A stretch of 64,000 bases of DNA, taken from contig CM126202.1 of the NCBI GenBank assembly GCA_052327205.1, positions 393,700,001-393,764,000 of the forward strand, given 5' to 3'. The stretch comes from Somniosus microcephalus (lineage: Eukaryota). Position 1 is the stretch's first letter; the number at the start of each line of letters is the position of its first letter. The notes under the pieces are model-generated. The model searched no databases, was not told the origin of the DNA, and saw nothing but the letters and a program-made list of their open reading frames with translations. Below, in pieces: positions 50,361 to 62,589 of the stretch. The position numbers and the translations under genes were made by a program.

Positions 50361-51087
50361 CTTGTTACTCATACTGTATCCATAAATGTTATTTTCTGAA
50401 AGAAATCTATCTCATTAACATTTGAATGAATCCGTATTAACTGTTGGCACCGTTTCCCTAGGGAGTCTGTTCCATCGATTGACCACTTCCTCACTGAAAT
50501 ATTGTTTCTGCAGATTAGTTTAAAATTAACCCCCCTTCTGGTTCACCCTATCGCTATCTCTAACCTCATCCATCCCTACAATTCCCCCCACCCCCAGAAC
50601 TCCGTTGCTCCAAATCTGGTTTCTTGTGCATCCTCCCTTCCTTTTCGTCCCCCCCATTGGTGGCCATGTCTTCAGTTGCCTAGGACCCAAGTTCTGAAAT
50701 TCCCCTCCTTAAACCAATTTGTCTTTCTACTTCCCTTTACTCCTTCAAACCTACCTTTTGGACCAAGCTATTGGTTGCCCGTGAAGCAGGAGCAGTTCCG
50801 AGGAATTTCTTGACCTAGTGAATGCTAATATAATTGGACTTTATATTAAAACCCAAAAGTGCAAGCTGGCAGAATTGGAACAGCTAATGTGACAAAACTA
50901 CTGAAGCATTCTGGGTTACCAATTGTATCTGCATTAATTATGCAAAAAGATGGTATCTTCGGGAGGGGGCACATGGGACGCAAATCTCCGATTGGGGGCG
51001 CAGCAAAAAAAAAAATGGGAACCTATGATGTAGATAATTTAATTATATGGATATAGATTTAGGATCTTTTATAGTTTTCAGTATTTC

Positions 51088-53965
51088 CATAACATAAGAA
51101 CATAAATAGGAGCAGGCGTAGGCCATTCAACCCTTTGAGCCTGCTCCGCCATTCAATGAGATCATGGCTGATCTTCTGCCTCAACTCCATTCACTGGCCC
51201 TATCGCCATATCCCTTGATGCCCTTACTAGTCAGAAATCTATTGACTTCTGTTTTGAATATACCCAATGACTGAACCTCCACAGCCCTCTGGGGTAGAGA
51301 ATTCCAAAGATTCACCACCCTCTGTGTGAAGACATTTCTTCTCCTCCTCTCAGTCCTGAATGGTCTACCCTTTATCTTGAGGCTGTGGCCCCTGGTTCTA
51401 GACTCCCCAGCCAAGGGAAACATTCTCCCAGCATCCATCTTATCAAGCCCTGTAATAATTTTGTATGCTTCAACGAGATCCCCTCTCATTCTTCTGAATT
51501 CAAGAGAATACAGGCCTAGTCGACCCAATCTCTCCTCCATATGACAGTCTTGCCATCCCAGGAATCGGTCTGGTGAATCTTCGTTGCACTCCCTCTATGG
51601 CAAGTATATCCTTCCTTAGGTAAGGAGACCAAAATTGTACACCGTACTCCAGGTGTGGTCTCACCAAGGCCCTATATAATTGGAGTAAGGCTTCTTTACT
51701 CCTGTACTCAAATCCTCTTGTAATGAAGGCCAGCATACAATTTGCCTTACTAATGCCTTGCTGCACCTGCACATTCACTTTCAGTGACTCATGTACAAGG
51801 ACACCCAGGTCTCTTTGAGCATCTGCATTCCCCAATCTTTCACCATTTAGGAAATACTCTGGCGTTCTGTTTTTTCTACCAAAGTGGCTAACTTCACATT
51901 TATCCACATTATATTCTATCTGCCATGTTCTCGCCCACTCACTGAGCCTGTCGAGATCCCCTGGAAGCCTCTTCACATCCTCTTTGACACTGACACTGCC
52001 ACCTAGCTTTGTATCGTCAGCAAATTTGGAAATGTTACATTTAGTCCCCTCATCCAAATCATTGATATAGATTGTGAATAGCTGGGGCCCAAGCACCGAT
52101 CCTTGTGTTACCCCACTAGTCGCAGCCTGCCATCCTGAAAAAGACCCGTTTATCCCTACTCTTTGTTTTCTGTCTGTTAACCAATTCTCAATCCAAGCTA
52201 GTATATTACCCCCAATTCAATGGGCCCTAATTTTGTTCACCAACCTCTTGTGTGGAACCTTATTGAAGGCCTTCTGAAAATCCAGATACACCACATCTAC
52301 CAGTTCCCCTTTGTCTACTCCACTAGTTACATCCTCAAAAAACTCCAATAGGTTTGTCAAACAGGATTTCCCTTTCATAAATCCATGTTGACTCTGCCCA
52401 ATCTTACTATTAGTTTCTAAGTGCCCAGTTATTGCATCCTTTATAATAGATTCCAGCATTTTCCCAACTACTGATGTGAGGCTAACAGGTCTGTAGTTCC
52501 CCGTTTTCTCTCTCCCTCCTTTCTTAAATAGCGGGGTTACATTTGCAATCCTCCAATCTGCAGGGACCATTCCAGAATCTCTAGAATTTTGGAAGATGAC
52601 AACCAATGCGTCCACTATTCCAATGGCCACCTCTTTCAAAACCCTAGGATGTAGGTCATCCAGTCCTTGGGATTTATCGACTTTTAGTCCCATTAATTTT
52701 GCTAGTACTGTTTTTTTGTTAATAATTACTTTAAGTTCCTCATTCTCGTCACACCCTTGGTTTTCTCGTATTTATGGGAGTTTTTTTGTGTCTTCCTCCG
52801 TGAAGACAGAAACAAAGTATTTATTTAATTTCTCTGCCATTTCCTCATTCCCCATTATAAATTCTCCCGTCTCTGACTGTAAAGGACCTACATTTACCTT
52901 CGCCAGTCTTTTCCTTTTCACATACCTATAGAAGCTTTTACAATCTGTTTTTATATTTTTTGCTAGTTTGTGCTCATTTTCCCTTTCTTTATCAATTTCT
53001 TGGTCCCCCTTTGCTGATTTCTAAAAAGATCCCAATCCTCAGGCTGACTGCTTTTTCTGGCAACTTTATAAGCTTCCTCTTTTGACTTAATACTAGCTTT
53101 AATTTCTTTTGTTAGCCATGGTTGGATCACTTTTCCTTTTGGGTTTTTATGCCCTAGAGGAATATATGTTTGTTGCAAATTATGCATTATTTCCTTGAAT
53201 GTTAGCCATTGCATGTCCACCTTCATACCTTTTTAGTGTAGTCTCCCAATCTACCATGGCCAACTTGTCCCTCATACCCTTGTAGTTTCCTCTGTTTAGA
53301 TTGAAGACCTTAGTTTCAGATTGGACTACATCACACTCAAACTTCTGTAAAATTCAATCATATTATGGTCACTTGTCCCTAAAGGCCCATTTACCACAAG
53401 ATTATTGATTAGCCCTTTCTCATTACACAGTACCAGATCCAGAATAGCCTGTTCCCTGGTTGGTTCCTCCACACACGGTGGCATAGTGGTTAGCACTGTT
53501 GCCTCACAGCGCCAGGGACCCGGGTTCGAATCCGGCCTCGGGTGACTGTCTGTGTGGAGTTTGCACATTCTCCCCGTGTTTGCGTGGGTTTCCTCCGGGT
53601 GCTCCGGTTTCCTCCCACAGTCCAAAAATGTGCGGGTTAGGTTGATTGGCTATGATAAATTGACCCTTAGTGTTAGGGGGATTAAATACGTGGGGTTACG
53701 AGGATAGGGTGGGATATGTGTTGGTGTAGGGGTTACGGGGATCGGGTGGGATATGTGTCGGTGCAGGCTCGATGGGCCGAAATGGCCTCTATCTGCACTG
53801 TGGGGTTTCTGTGATTTCTGTGATACTGATCCAGGAAACCATATTGCGCACATTCCAAGAATTTGTCCTCCACACCATTAGTGGTAATTTGATTTGCCCA
53901 GTCAATATGTAGATTAAAGTCTCCCATGATTACCGTATTGCCCTTGTTACATGCACTTCTAATTT
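51088..53965 (-). mobile_element. CR1-clade LINE (endonuclease part + RT), interrupted by an HE1 SINE
   Basis: MGDFN, EEPTREQAILDL, SDHN, NYRPVSLTS and FADDT in ORF fragments across 51181-53927. Confidence 0.95.
53474..53823 (+). mobile_element. HE1-like V-SINE, full length
   Basis: Box A TGGCATAGTGG, box B GGTTCGAATCC, V-domain TCTGTGTGGAGTTTGCACATTCTCCCCGTG..., and a CR1-derived tail. Confidence 0.92.
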
Positions 53966-53977
53966 TTTGATAATAGC

Positions 53978-54230
53978 AAATAAGATTATTGCTGTATAAA
54001 ATTAGAAAACATGACTGTCAAAGGGATGTGGTTGGAATCAAAGTAGTTGTGTTTTGTGTTGTGGTTTTAAGTATATAGCTTAAGTTAATAACTTGAAGTA
54101 TAGTCTTGAAATGTTTAAAAGTTAAACATTAAACGTGAATGTTTTGAAGTTGGGATTATGCAATACAAATGTGCCCTCTTGTACTACATGCTGTGTGAAA
54201 TGTTTGTGGAGCAACATAGATGAACCGTTA
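53978..54230 (+). repeat. Diverged direct repeat, copy 1
   Basis: Aligns to 56271-56550 (TTAAGTTAATAACTTGAAG.ATAGTCTTGAAATG, TTTAAAAGTTAAACATTAAA, ATGAACCGTT). Confidence 0.85.
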
Positions 54231-54249
54231 CTACTATCACTTTTAAACT

Positions 54250-54680
54250 CCCTACTGTTGATCAAATAGTGCCATAGAATCTTTTATATCATGAACAGGC
54301 AAATTGGGCCTTGGTTTCACGTCTTCACTGAGAGAGCAAAGCTCCAACACACTGCACTCCTTTAATCCAGGCTGATATTTCAATGCAGTACTAAAGAAAG
54401 AATGAAATTGCATTTATATAGGACCTTTCACAACCTCCAGATGCCCCAAAGCACTTCACAGCCAATTCATTACTTTTGAATTGTTGTCACTGTTGTAATA
54501 TAGGGAAATGCAGCAGCCAAATAGTCTGTTTTATTGGTGTTAGTTGAGGGATAAATGTTGACCATGACCCTGGGAGAACCCCCCTGCTGCTCTTCAAGTA
54601 GTGCCGTTGGATCTTTTATGGCCATCTGAGAGGGCAAATGGGGCTTCACTTTAATCTCTCATCCAAAAGATGGTTAGTGC
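54250..54680 (-). mobile_element. Two decayed Deu-domain SINE fragments
   Basis: TTGCATTTATATAG tail and AGTGCC...GGATCTTTTA core on the minus strand. Confidence 0.7.
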
Positions 54681-55584
54681 TGACATTCTTCTTGCTCCTT
54701 CCCCACTTAAGAATAATGCTCTCTGTCTCGCTATCCTTCCACCCCCCTCCCAATTAAAGTTGTACACTATCCTCCCCCACCCCAAGATAATGCTGACATA
54801 CTTCATCCCACTTGCGTGCTGAAGTCCTGAAGTGGAACTTAAACTCAAACTTCTGTGAAATATTTTGTTGCTCAAGATATAAGTAAATTTGTTTTTTCTT
54901 CCCTCCTTAATACTTTTGAGTTATTTGCGTCCTGAAATACTTATGTTTGCTCTATCTCCCACAGTGGGGTTGTGGTATTTGATGTAAGTAGTTTTGTTTG
55001 TTCCCTCCATGAAACCTTCTTTCTTTCCTAAGTTTATATATATTATCAGGAATTTTCTCTCCTTTCCCACAATAAATTCTTCCTGAAGCTATTGGTGTAG
55101 CACTGCCAAGTGAAATTTTTCCCATTACCACATCTCCATGACCAGCATCTGAACATGGTTGCAATGCCCTAGGTTACTATCAAGGTGGTGCCCAAATGTC
55201 CCCTCTGGATCCAGTGCACATAACATTCTCCCTCAGCAACACAACAAAAAAAACTCATCTCAGGTAACGTTGTTTACTCATTTTGTTATTTAATAATTCC
55301 AATAACAACAGCAACTTACTACATTAAATACGCTATATAAAATGTAAAACTTCTCTAGGCACTTCAAAAGAGCGATATCAAACATTTTTTAACTGTGTAA
55401 AAATCAAGAAAAAAAATGATTTTTTTCCCCACCACCGCTCATGCCTGTTACTTTGTAAATTTTCTACCTGCATCACATTAAGCTTGGGTATTGTAGTTCC
55501 ACAGGAGCAGCATGAAAACTGCAACTCATGGTTCTTTTTTATCCCCTCTCCTGTCTTTCCTCCTCTCTCTGTCTTTCTCCACAG

Positions 55585-55826
55585 GATCTAGAACACTCTG
55601 GCCCCTTCTATCTGGTTGCCGTGTGACCTGGGTCTCCTGCTGTGCTTTGGGTTCTGTAGTTCCACAGTAGCAGGGTACAGTCAATTCCCTTGTTATATTT
55701 CACTCCAGCAGCTGGAATTTCCCGCCCCAGGTGAAATTTCCAATTCAGACTCCTGACCGACTAAGTCTGCCTTTCTGAGGGAACCTTCTTGCAAACATTT
55801 CTAGCATTTATCAGCCAATTCTATGG
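55585..55826 (+). other. Candidate exon (probably 5' UTR) of the host gene
   Basis: Long polypyrimidine tract plus CCACAG acceptor, TGG|GTAAGG donor, and non-repetitive sequence. Confidence 0.65.
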
Positions 55827-56270
55827 GTAAGGTTTAGTGATTTAAAAAAAAAAAAAAAATTTTAATCTGTAGTCATAAATGTTATTTTTAGCTCTACTCT
55901 CTCCTTGAAGAAAAATTGGCACGAAAACTGGAATTTATTTGATTGGTTTTGTCATATTTGCTCCTTTAGTTAATGTTAGCGCTGAAAAAATGTAACCATT
56001 TGCTCACTTTTCTCCTGCTTAATCATTCCTTATTAGCAATTACCAACTGAATCAAATTGCTTTAGATTTATTCACATTTAATCAGTTGGATATTTGGCTA
56101 AAAGCAGGGCTCATTTGAAAATTACTAACCACTAATTTTCATGCTGTAGGCAATTAACACCCCAAAATGTAATACTTGCAGATGCAATACGTCTAGTGCA
56201 GATCAATTGCAGGCCTTTTATATTGTATAGATAGTTAAAAATGTTAACGTTTTCACCATTTCCATAGTTC

Positions 56271-56550
56271 AAATAAGTCTATTGCTATGTAAAATTGGAA
56301 ATCCGATGGCTATCAAGTGGATATGGTTGGGGTCAAATAAGAACATCAAAGTGGCTTTATGTTGTGGTTTTAAATTTATAGTTTTAAGTTAATAACTTGA
56401 AGGATAGTCTTGAAATGCAATTCATTTAAAAGTTAAACATTAAATGTGTACAATGTTTAGAAGTTGTGACTATGCAGTACAAATGTCCTTTTTTATACTG
56501 CATGCTTTGCAACATGTCTGCTTTGTGGTGTGACATGCATGAACCGTTGC
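56271..56550 (+). repeat. Diverged direct repeat, copy 2
   Basis: Aligns to 53978-54230. Confidence 0.85.
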
Positions 56551-57564
56551 ATTGAATTTACTCCTATTTATATTTTATGATCCTCATCACTATGAAGCCC
56601 TTCAGTGTTCTCTGCATTGGTTGTTTTGAGCTTTAATCTTTGTAGAATTTGGGAGATGTGAGGAACACCTTTTTAGGGTAGCTAATATTCTTAAAAATTG
56701 CAAAAGAATTCCAGGAAGTTAGAATTTTGTACTTGGTATGTCATCAAAGTAGTCCCATTTCAAATAGGTGGCAGATTCCACATATGTAAAGTAAGATTTG
56801 ACCTGAAGTGGTATTATTCTGTGTGACGAATATGAAATAAGAAGAAAAAATCTATTTATTTTAATATCTTCATCTGGCCATCACCACAATTTTTTGTTAT
56901 TGTTGACTGCTCCCTCAGGCTGTAGAGAATGCACATTATGAGCTGGTATGCAAAAGTTACTTCAAAGCCATTTATTTCTCAAACATTTTCTGACCCCTAT
57001 CTGCTTAGGTGTCTTATTCAATTTGGTCAGCTTGGCAACTGTGTCAAGTGCAGACAGCTGTATTTGTGTAAGCAGACACTATTTTGATTCCCTTTGGCCC
57101 AGGAATTTAAGGAAGACTTGAGTCAGGTCTGTGTGAGGGGCAGGTCTGTGATTCATAGTCCATTTGACAAACAGCCCTGTAACTCTGAGCTGCTGGTTAT
57201 GGGTTTACATATGGAACCATTGACCAGCACACCAGTCCTGCAGTTAACAGCAATAAGGTAAGTCAGCGACTCTGATATTGAATAGTCTCATAAGACGTAA
57301 AGGGACCAGGTTACAAGGAACAGTTTTATGTTGGATATTTGTATAGGAGAAGCACTTTTTGATGATCTGAGAATAGTGAAGTCTGCAATTACTGTAAATG
57401 TAGTTACACCTTTCCACCAGTTGTGCTGTTGCACCTCAGTATTGTATCTCCCAGCGCCTCAGCCTGTACTGCAGTGACACTCCAATGCTCCAAGCAGCTC
57501 TACTTCACTGCTTCCCAAATTGTCGTATGTTTTGCTAATTAACTATAAATAATAGGTGCCAGCA

Positions 57565-57785
57565 TTGAGTCAGTGGTAACGCACTAGCCTCTGAGTGAAA
57601 GGGTCATGGTTCAAGCCCCACACCAGAGACTTGAATACATAGTCTAGACTGACACTTCAGTGAAATACTGAGAGCTACCTTATTGGAGGTGCTGCCTTTT
57701 AGATGAGACATTAAACTGAAACTCCATCTGTCCTCTCGGGTGGAAGTAAAAGATCCAATGGTAGTAATGTATTTGAAGAGCAATG
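57565..57785 (+). mobile_element. Deu-domain SINE 5' part
   Basis: tRNA-like head (GGTTCAAGCCC) and Deu core. Confidence 0.75.
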
Positions 57786-57873
57786 CCTATAGGATTGAAC
57801 AGTGTACATACACCCCTTTTTCATACATAGTCAATACTAAAATTAATTTGAATTGCTTAATGGTGCCTGTAAC

Positions 57874-58038
57874 CAATGTTCCCTTTAAGCTGCGCAGCCA
57901 CGCAGCGCTCTGGACCTCCCGAGTAGCCGACTCACCGGCTTTTCAATGAGGAAAAACCACGCATGCACAGTATTTTGAATGGGGCACACAGCTCCTTAAA
58001 GGGGCAGCGCACCCAAAAATAAATGAAAGGGAACATTA
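57874..58038. mobile_element. Short hAT-type MITE
   Basis: TIRs CAATGTTCCCTTT / AAAGGGAACATTA, with flanking (C)CTGTAAC direct repeats. Confidence 0.75.
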
Positions 58039-58997
58039 CTGTAACATTTGCATAGTGAATTATCATTGGCCCGCAGGCATCTGTAAGGAATACCTATTAT
58101 ATTCACATGGATGGGCGGCGCAGACACGATGGGCCGAAGGGCCTCTTTCTGTGCTGTAAAACTCTATGACTCTATGACATGCTGAGTTGTCATTGGCCTG
58201 CAGGCATCTGTAAGGGGTCCGGACTCTCTCTTGCCCCACTGTACTGCTGAGAGTAAGATCAGACCTAATGCTTCATAAGGGAGTTTAAACTGTAATACTC
58301 TGTTGTCCTGCAATTTATTATTTTTGTACAAAGTGTACAAAACAAGACAATTACCTGTAACTTTATTTTTTAAGCTATTGGTTGTCAAGTTGGTAAGTAA
58401 TATGCGTAATCAAATTGGAGTGCACTTGGATCTCAAGGTATAAAATACCACATCACTGATACTATGACACCAATAATCTAGGTAGTAAAAATTTTAAATA
58501 GATATGGTTACTGAGGAGCGAACAATGGCTGGGCATCAAGAAATTAAAGTGCCAATAATATATTTGTGAGGAAAAATAATATTGGGCCACTAGTAGCTGC
58601 CAACGGTATAATTCATCTCATGGAATATGTTTCAAAACATGGGAGGAAAATAACTTGACATGGTATAGGTAATGGGTGGAGTCAAGAGATGCACATTAAT
58701 GATTTATTTATTGCAAAACAAAGATTTACATTTCAATGGCTCCGTATCACATTCCTTGTAAGCATTTGAAAGTGCTTCACATACAATGAATTACTTTGAA
58801 TTGCAATGACCATGACGGAGGCAAACTATCCACTGCAAGATCCTACAAATAACAGTGAGATGGATGACTGCTTAATCAGGTCCTGGTGTGGAGCTTGAAT
58901 CCACTGGGCAAGTGCATGACCAATTGAGCCAAGCAGTTGCTATTGTAGAATGGTAGAAGTTAAATTTCCCATTAGACCCAGCATTACATGAAGTTGT

Positions 58998-59698
58998 AAT
59001 AAAAACAGAAACTGCTGGAAATACTCAGCAGGTCAGGCAGCATCTGTGGAGAGAGAAACCGAGTTTATGTTTCAGGTTGATGACCTTTGTCATAACTGGA
59101 TAAAATAAAAACAAATTGGGGCAGAGGTTATGGTAGAGGGGAATCCTCGATTTAAGGGAAAAGGAAGACATATTGGAAGCATTAGTAATGGAAGCTAACA
59201 TCGTCAGAACGGAAACGGAGAAACTGGGAGAATGGAAGCGTGAGGAACAGCACCTCCTCTTTCGATTAGGCACTTTACAGCCTTCTGGACTCCACATCGA
59301 GCTCAACAATTTCAGACCATAAACCTCTGCCCCTATTTTTCACACGGCAGCTGTTGATTCTACCATTCCCATTTACACCTCTTCTAGACTTCTCTTTTGT
59401 TTCTTGTCCCATTTACTATCTCTTGCTTTGTACTATCATACCTTTTGTCATTTAATCTCACCTGCCTTCCACCCTACCCTAGACCTTCCATTTTGCTCTT
59501 TCCTCCCCTCCCCCCTTCCCTGCCTCTGCACTTGCTTAAAACCTGTTATATCTCTAACTTTTTCCAGTTCTGACAAAATGTCATCGACCTGAAATGTTAA
59601 CTCTGTTTCTGTCTCCACAGATGCTACCTGACCTGAGTATTTCCAGCATTTTCTGTTTTTATTTCAGATTTCCTGCATCCGCAGTATTTTGCTTTTGC
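58998..59698. mobile_element. Inverted composite of PLE family 2 fragments with two degenerate hammerhead motifs
   Basis: Minus-strand pseudo-LTR end at 58998-59100, internal scraps, then a plus-strand endonuclease end and pseudo-LTR at ~59230-59698. The motifs at ~59062-59097 and 59566-59602 have mutated cores. Confidence 0.8.
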
Positions 59699-61011
59699 AT
59701 GAAGGTGTGTTGCTTGCATGTTCTTAGTAGTGGTTGTGGTTTAATAATTGTAAACCGTACAGTTTGTGCAATGGCGTTATGTCTCATTCCCACCAAGAAA
59801 GCTCAAGATGGTTTTATTGCATCTTCCACTGATAGCTGTAGTGTTAGTGAAGCTTACTTCTACTGTTCCCAAAATTATTTAAATTGAAAATGTGTTTTGC
59901 TAGTTCAGAAATGTTAAATACTGCAACAAACTATTAGCCTGTCCAAGTGAAGCATCTGTGAAATCTGAGTAGGTGTTTAGCACTTAATATTTCCACTGTA
60001 AAACCAAAATCGTCTGTCTGTCTTCCCCTCCTACCCCCAACTTAGCAAGTAACTCTAGCCAATTCCAAGCTGTTCTAGTCTTCCTAACCCCAGATGTGTG
60101 CTGCATTTCTCATTGATAACCTGAACATTAGCCAGTGTTTAACTGCAACTTGGTATTCACAAAACGCCTTTTTTTCAAAAAATAAATAGAATACTGTCTT
60201 AATATGAAGGGTTTGCGATGGAAGAATTTAAACTTTAGTCTGAGAAATACACAGCATTATTGAGCTCACAAATGATTGGCCGGCAGTGCCTCATACATTG
60301 GGTGTGATCATACTTGTGAGTTATGCACCCACATTACATAGTTGTTTTTAAATCATTTTTTTAATAAATTGTCCCACAGCAGCTGCTTGCTGCTGAGTGA
60401 TCTTATCAGCTATGAGTGGGACAGTCAAGACCTGGAGTATTCCATGACTTCAACCAGTACACCTTTGCAGTCATTGGGAGTGCTCATACAGTGGGGTGCA
60501 TCAGTACTACCCAAGGTGTAGAATCTTGCCATAAAAGAACCCTCAACCAAGCAGTCTGCTAGAGAACGGAGGAAACTTGCTCTAGTCCGTGGCAGGTGAT
60601 CTTAAAAGGATACTGTCAGCACAAAAGACTGGCGCACTTTTTTTTTTGTTTTGTAACTGGTAAACTATGTCAAAACTCTGACTTTTTTGATGTCATGCTG
60701 AAAATAGCTCCCCACTCTCCTACCACTTGAAGTACAAAGATGTCTTTTTCTACATTTTATGGCCTGACTTGGATTTTGTTTCATTTTCTGCTACAGTATA
60801 GAAAATGTAAAAGAAATAGATGTGATTAATGGGTTTCTAAATAAAACATATTTGTATTGAAGGTGAGGTAACAATCCTATTGGGGCACATTTTGGGGTAT
60901 AACACACTACATCAGTTTTCTGTTTTAAACTGTTGGGATCTTGAAGCTTTTATTAACTAGTTGCAATTGTTTTACGGTTAATTTAAAAAGGTGGTTCTCT
61001 TTTTATTACAG

Positions 61012-61103
61012 ATTATCCATCTCTACAACTCCAGAAGCTAATGTTGGAACTATCGCTTCTCAGACAGTGATCCCCATTAATAACCAGTTTCACATTATAC
61101 AAG
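61012..61103 (+). other. Candidate exon of the host gene
   Basis: TTCTCTTTTTATTACAG acceptor, AAG|GTACAG donor, and unique sequence. Confidence 0.55.
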
Positions 61104-62167
61104 GTACAGGGAGCAGCAGCTCTGAGAAATTTTTAATCTGGAATAATACCCATCTGTAAAAGGAAGTTGCGGTGGGAAATGTGTGTGTATTTTTAATAAC
61201 CTTAATCCTGCTCTACCCTCTGTAATTATGTTATATAACATAATTACAATCATTTTCAATTTTTAACCAATCTGAATAAGTTTGAGTAAATTAAATAATG
61301 ATTTGATGTTAGTGTTGTGATGCAGTGTGCTGTACTATGACATGGAGAAATAGGGTGTGGGTTTGTGGGCCTACAATTCTTGCATAGCCTCAGCCATGTA
61401 GGTGGCAGGTGCTGAGCATAAGCCAGTGCTTCCCTACAGGGGGGAAAAAAGGGAAGGAAAATATGAAGTTAAACCCCTCCGGACCTCAGTCACACATATA
61501 GCATCCAGTTGCAAAGTGATTCTGGCAGGGACCTGAGTGGCGGTTGCCTGTCTGTCCTCTTTACTAGGGAATTCTGCATGATTTGTGGAAATCATCATCT
61601 TGGCTAATCACAGGACTTGGAGCAAAATAGGAACTAGAACCATGACCAGTAGGGAGGATGTTTGGCAGTGATCCTTTCCTTCTCTAATTTATCTAGTTCC
61701 CATGGATCACCAGCAGTCCTGCTTTTGGACATATTGCTTACTCCTGAAATTGTTGGACACCCTGATATCCATAGAAACAAGAGACTTGAACACATGGGCT
61801 GTGGGCACAATGGGGAAATGGGTAGATAGAGGAATAATTGCAGGCAGGTGGATTGGGAACAGAAGCACAATTATCTTGGAAAGACCAATATAACAAATAT
61901 TTGTTTAGGTTATCTGAGACCGTTTTCTCATCACCCTTACCACCTACATTCCTCCAACTTCGTCTAACCCTATCACTCTCCTCTGCCACACCAACCATCA
62001 TAACACTACTACTGTAGACTTCCTCAGTCCCGTGACTCTTCCTATAAAGCCCTTGTTTCCACCAAATTATTTGCCTTCTCCCACACTTGCCATTACTCCC
62101 CAGGATAATTTTCAGTGTCGCTCCAAGTCCAAGGCTAACAAACTTAAGCACATCTGGCACATGACTA

Positions 62168-62568
62168 AGGGGTATGATAGCACGTTGGTTATGTTACTGG
62201 ACTAGTAATCCAGAGTCCTGGACTAATGATCTTGAGACACTGGTTCAAATCCCACTACGGCAGCTGGGGAATTTAAATTCAGTTAATTAAATAAATCTGG
62301 AATAAGAAGTCTGGAATAAGTAGTATCAGTATCAGTAATGGTGGCCATGATTGTTATAAAAACCCATCTGGAAATCTGCAGTCCTTACCCGGTCTGGCTT
62401 ATACGTGACTCCAGACCCACAGCAAAGACTCTTAACTGCCCTCTGAAATGGCCTACCAAACCACTCGGTTGTATTCATGAAGACTCCACCTTCTTGAGGG
62501 CAATTAGGGATGAGCAATAAATGCTGGCCTTGCTGGCGAAGTCCACATCCTGTGTATGAATTTTAAAA
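62168..62568 (+). mobile_element. tRNA-derived SINE
   Basis: TAGCACGTTGG / GGTTCAAATCCC box A- and B-like motifs and a GGGCAATTAGGGATGAGCAATAAATGCTGGCCTTG 3' region. Confidence 0.7.
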
Positions 62569-62589
62569 AAGTCTAGTCATTTATCACCA

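Noticed and set aside
53474-53545. tRNA gene
   Set aside because: The A and B boxes continue into a V-domain and LINE-derived tail, so this is a SINE head.
53326-53625. Novel 99-aa ORF (MDCGRKPEHPEETH...)
   Set aside because: It is a chimeric frame of the antisense V-SINE reading into the CR1 endonuclease.
22020-61103. Naming the host gene or the species
   Set aside because: No recognisable host coding sequence lies in the window, and the repeat content supports only a cartilaginous-fish-level inference.
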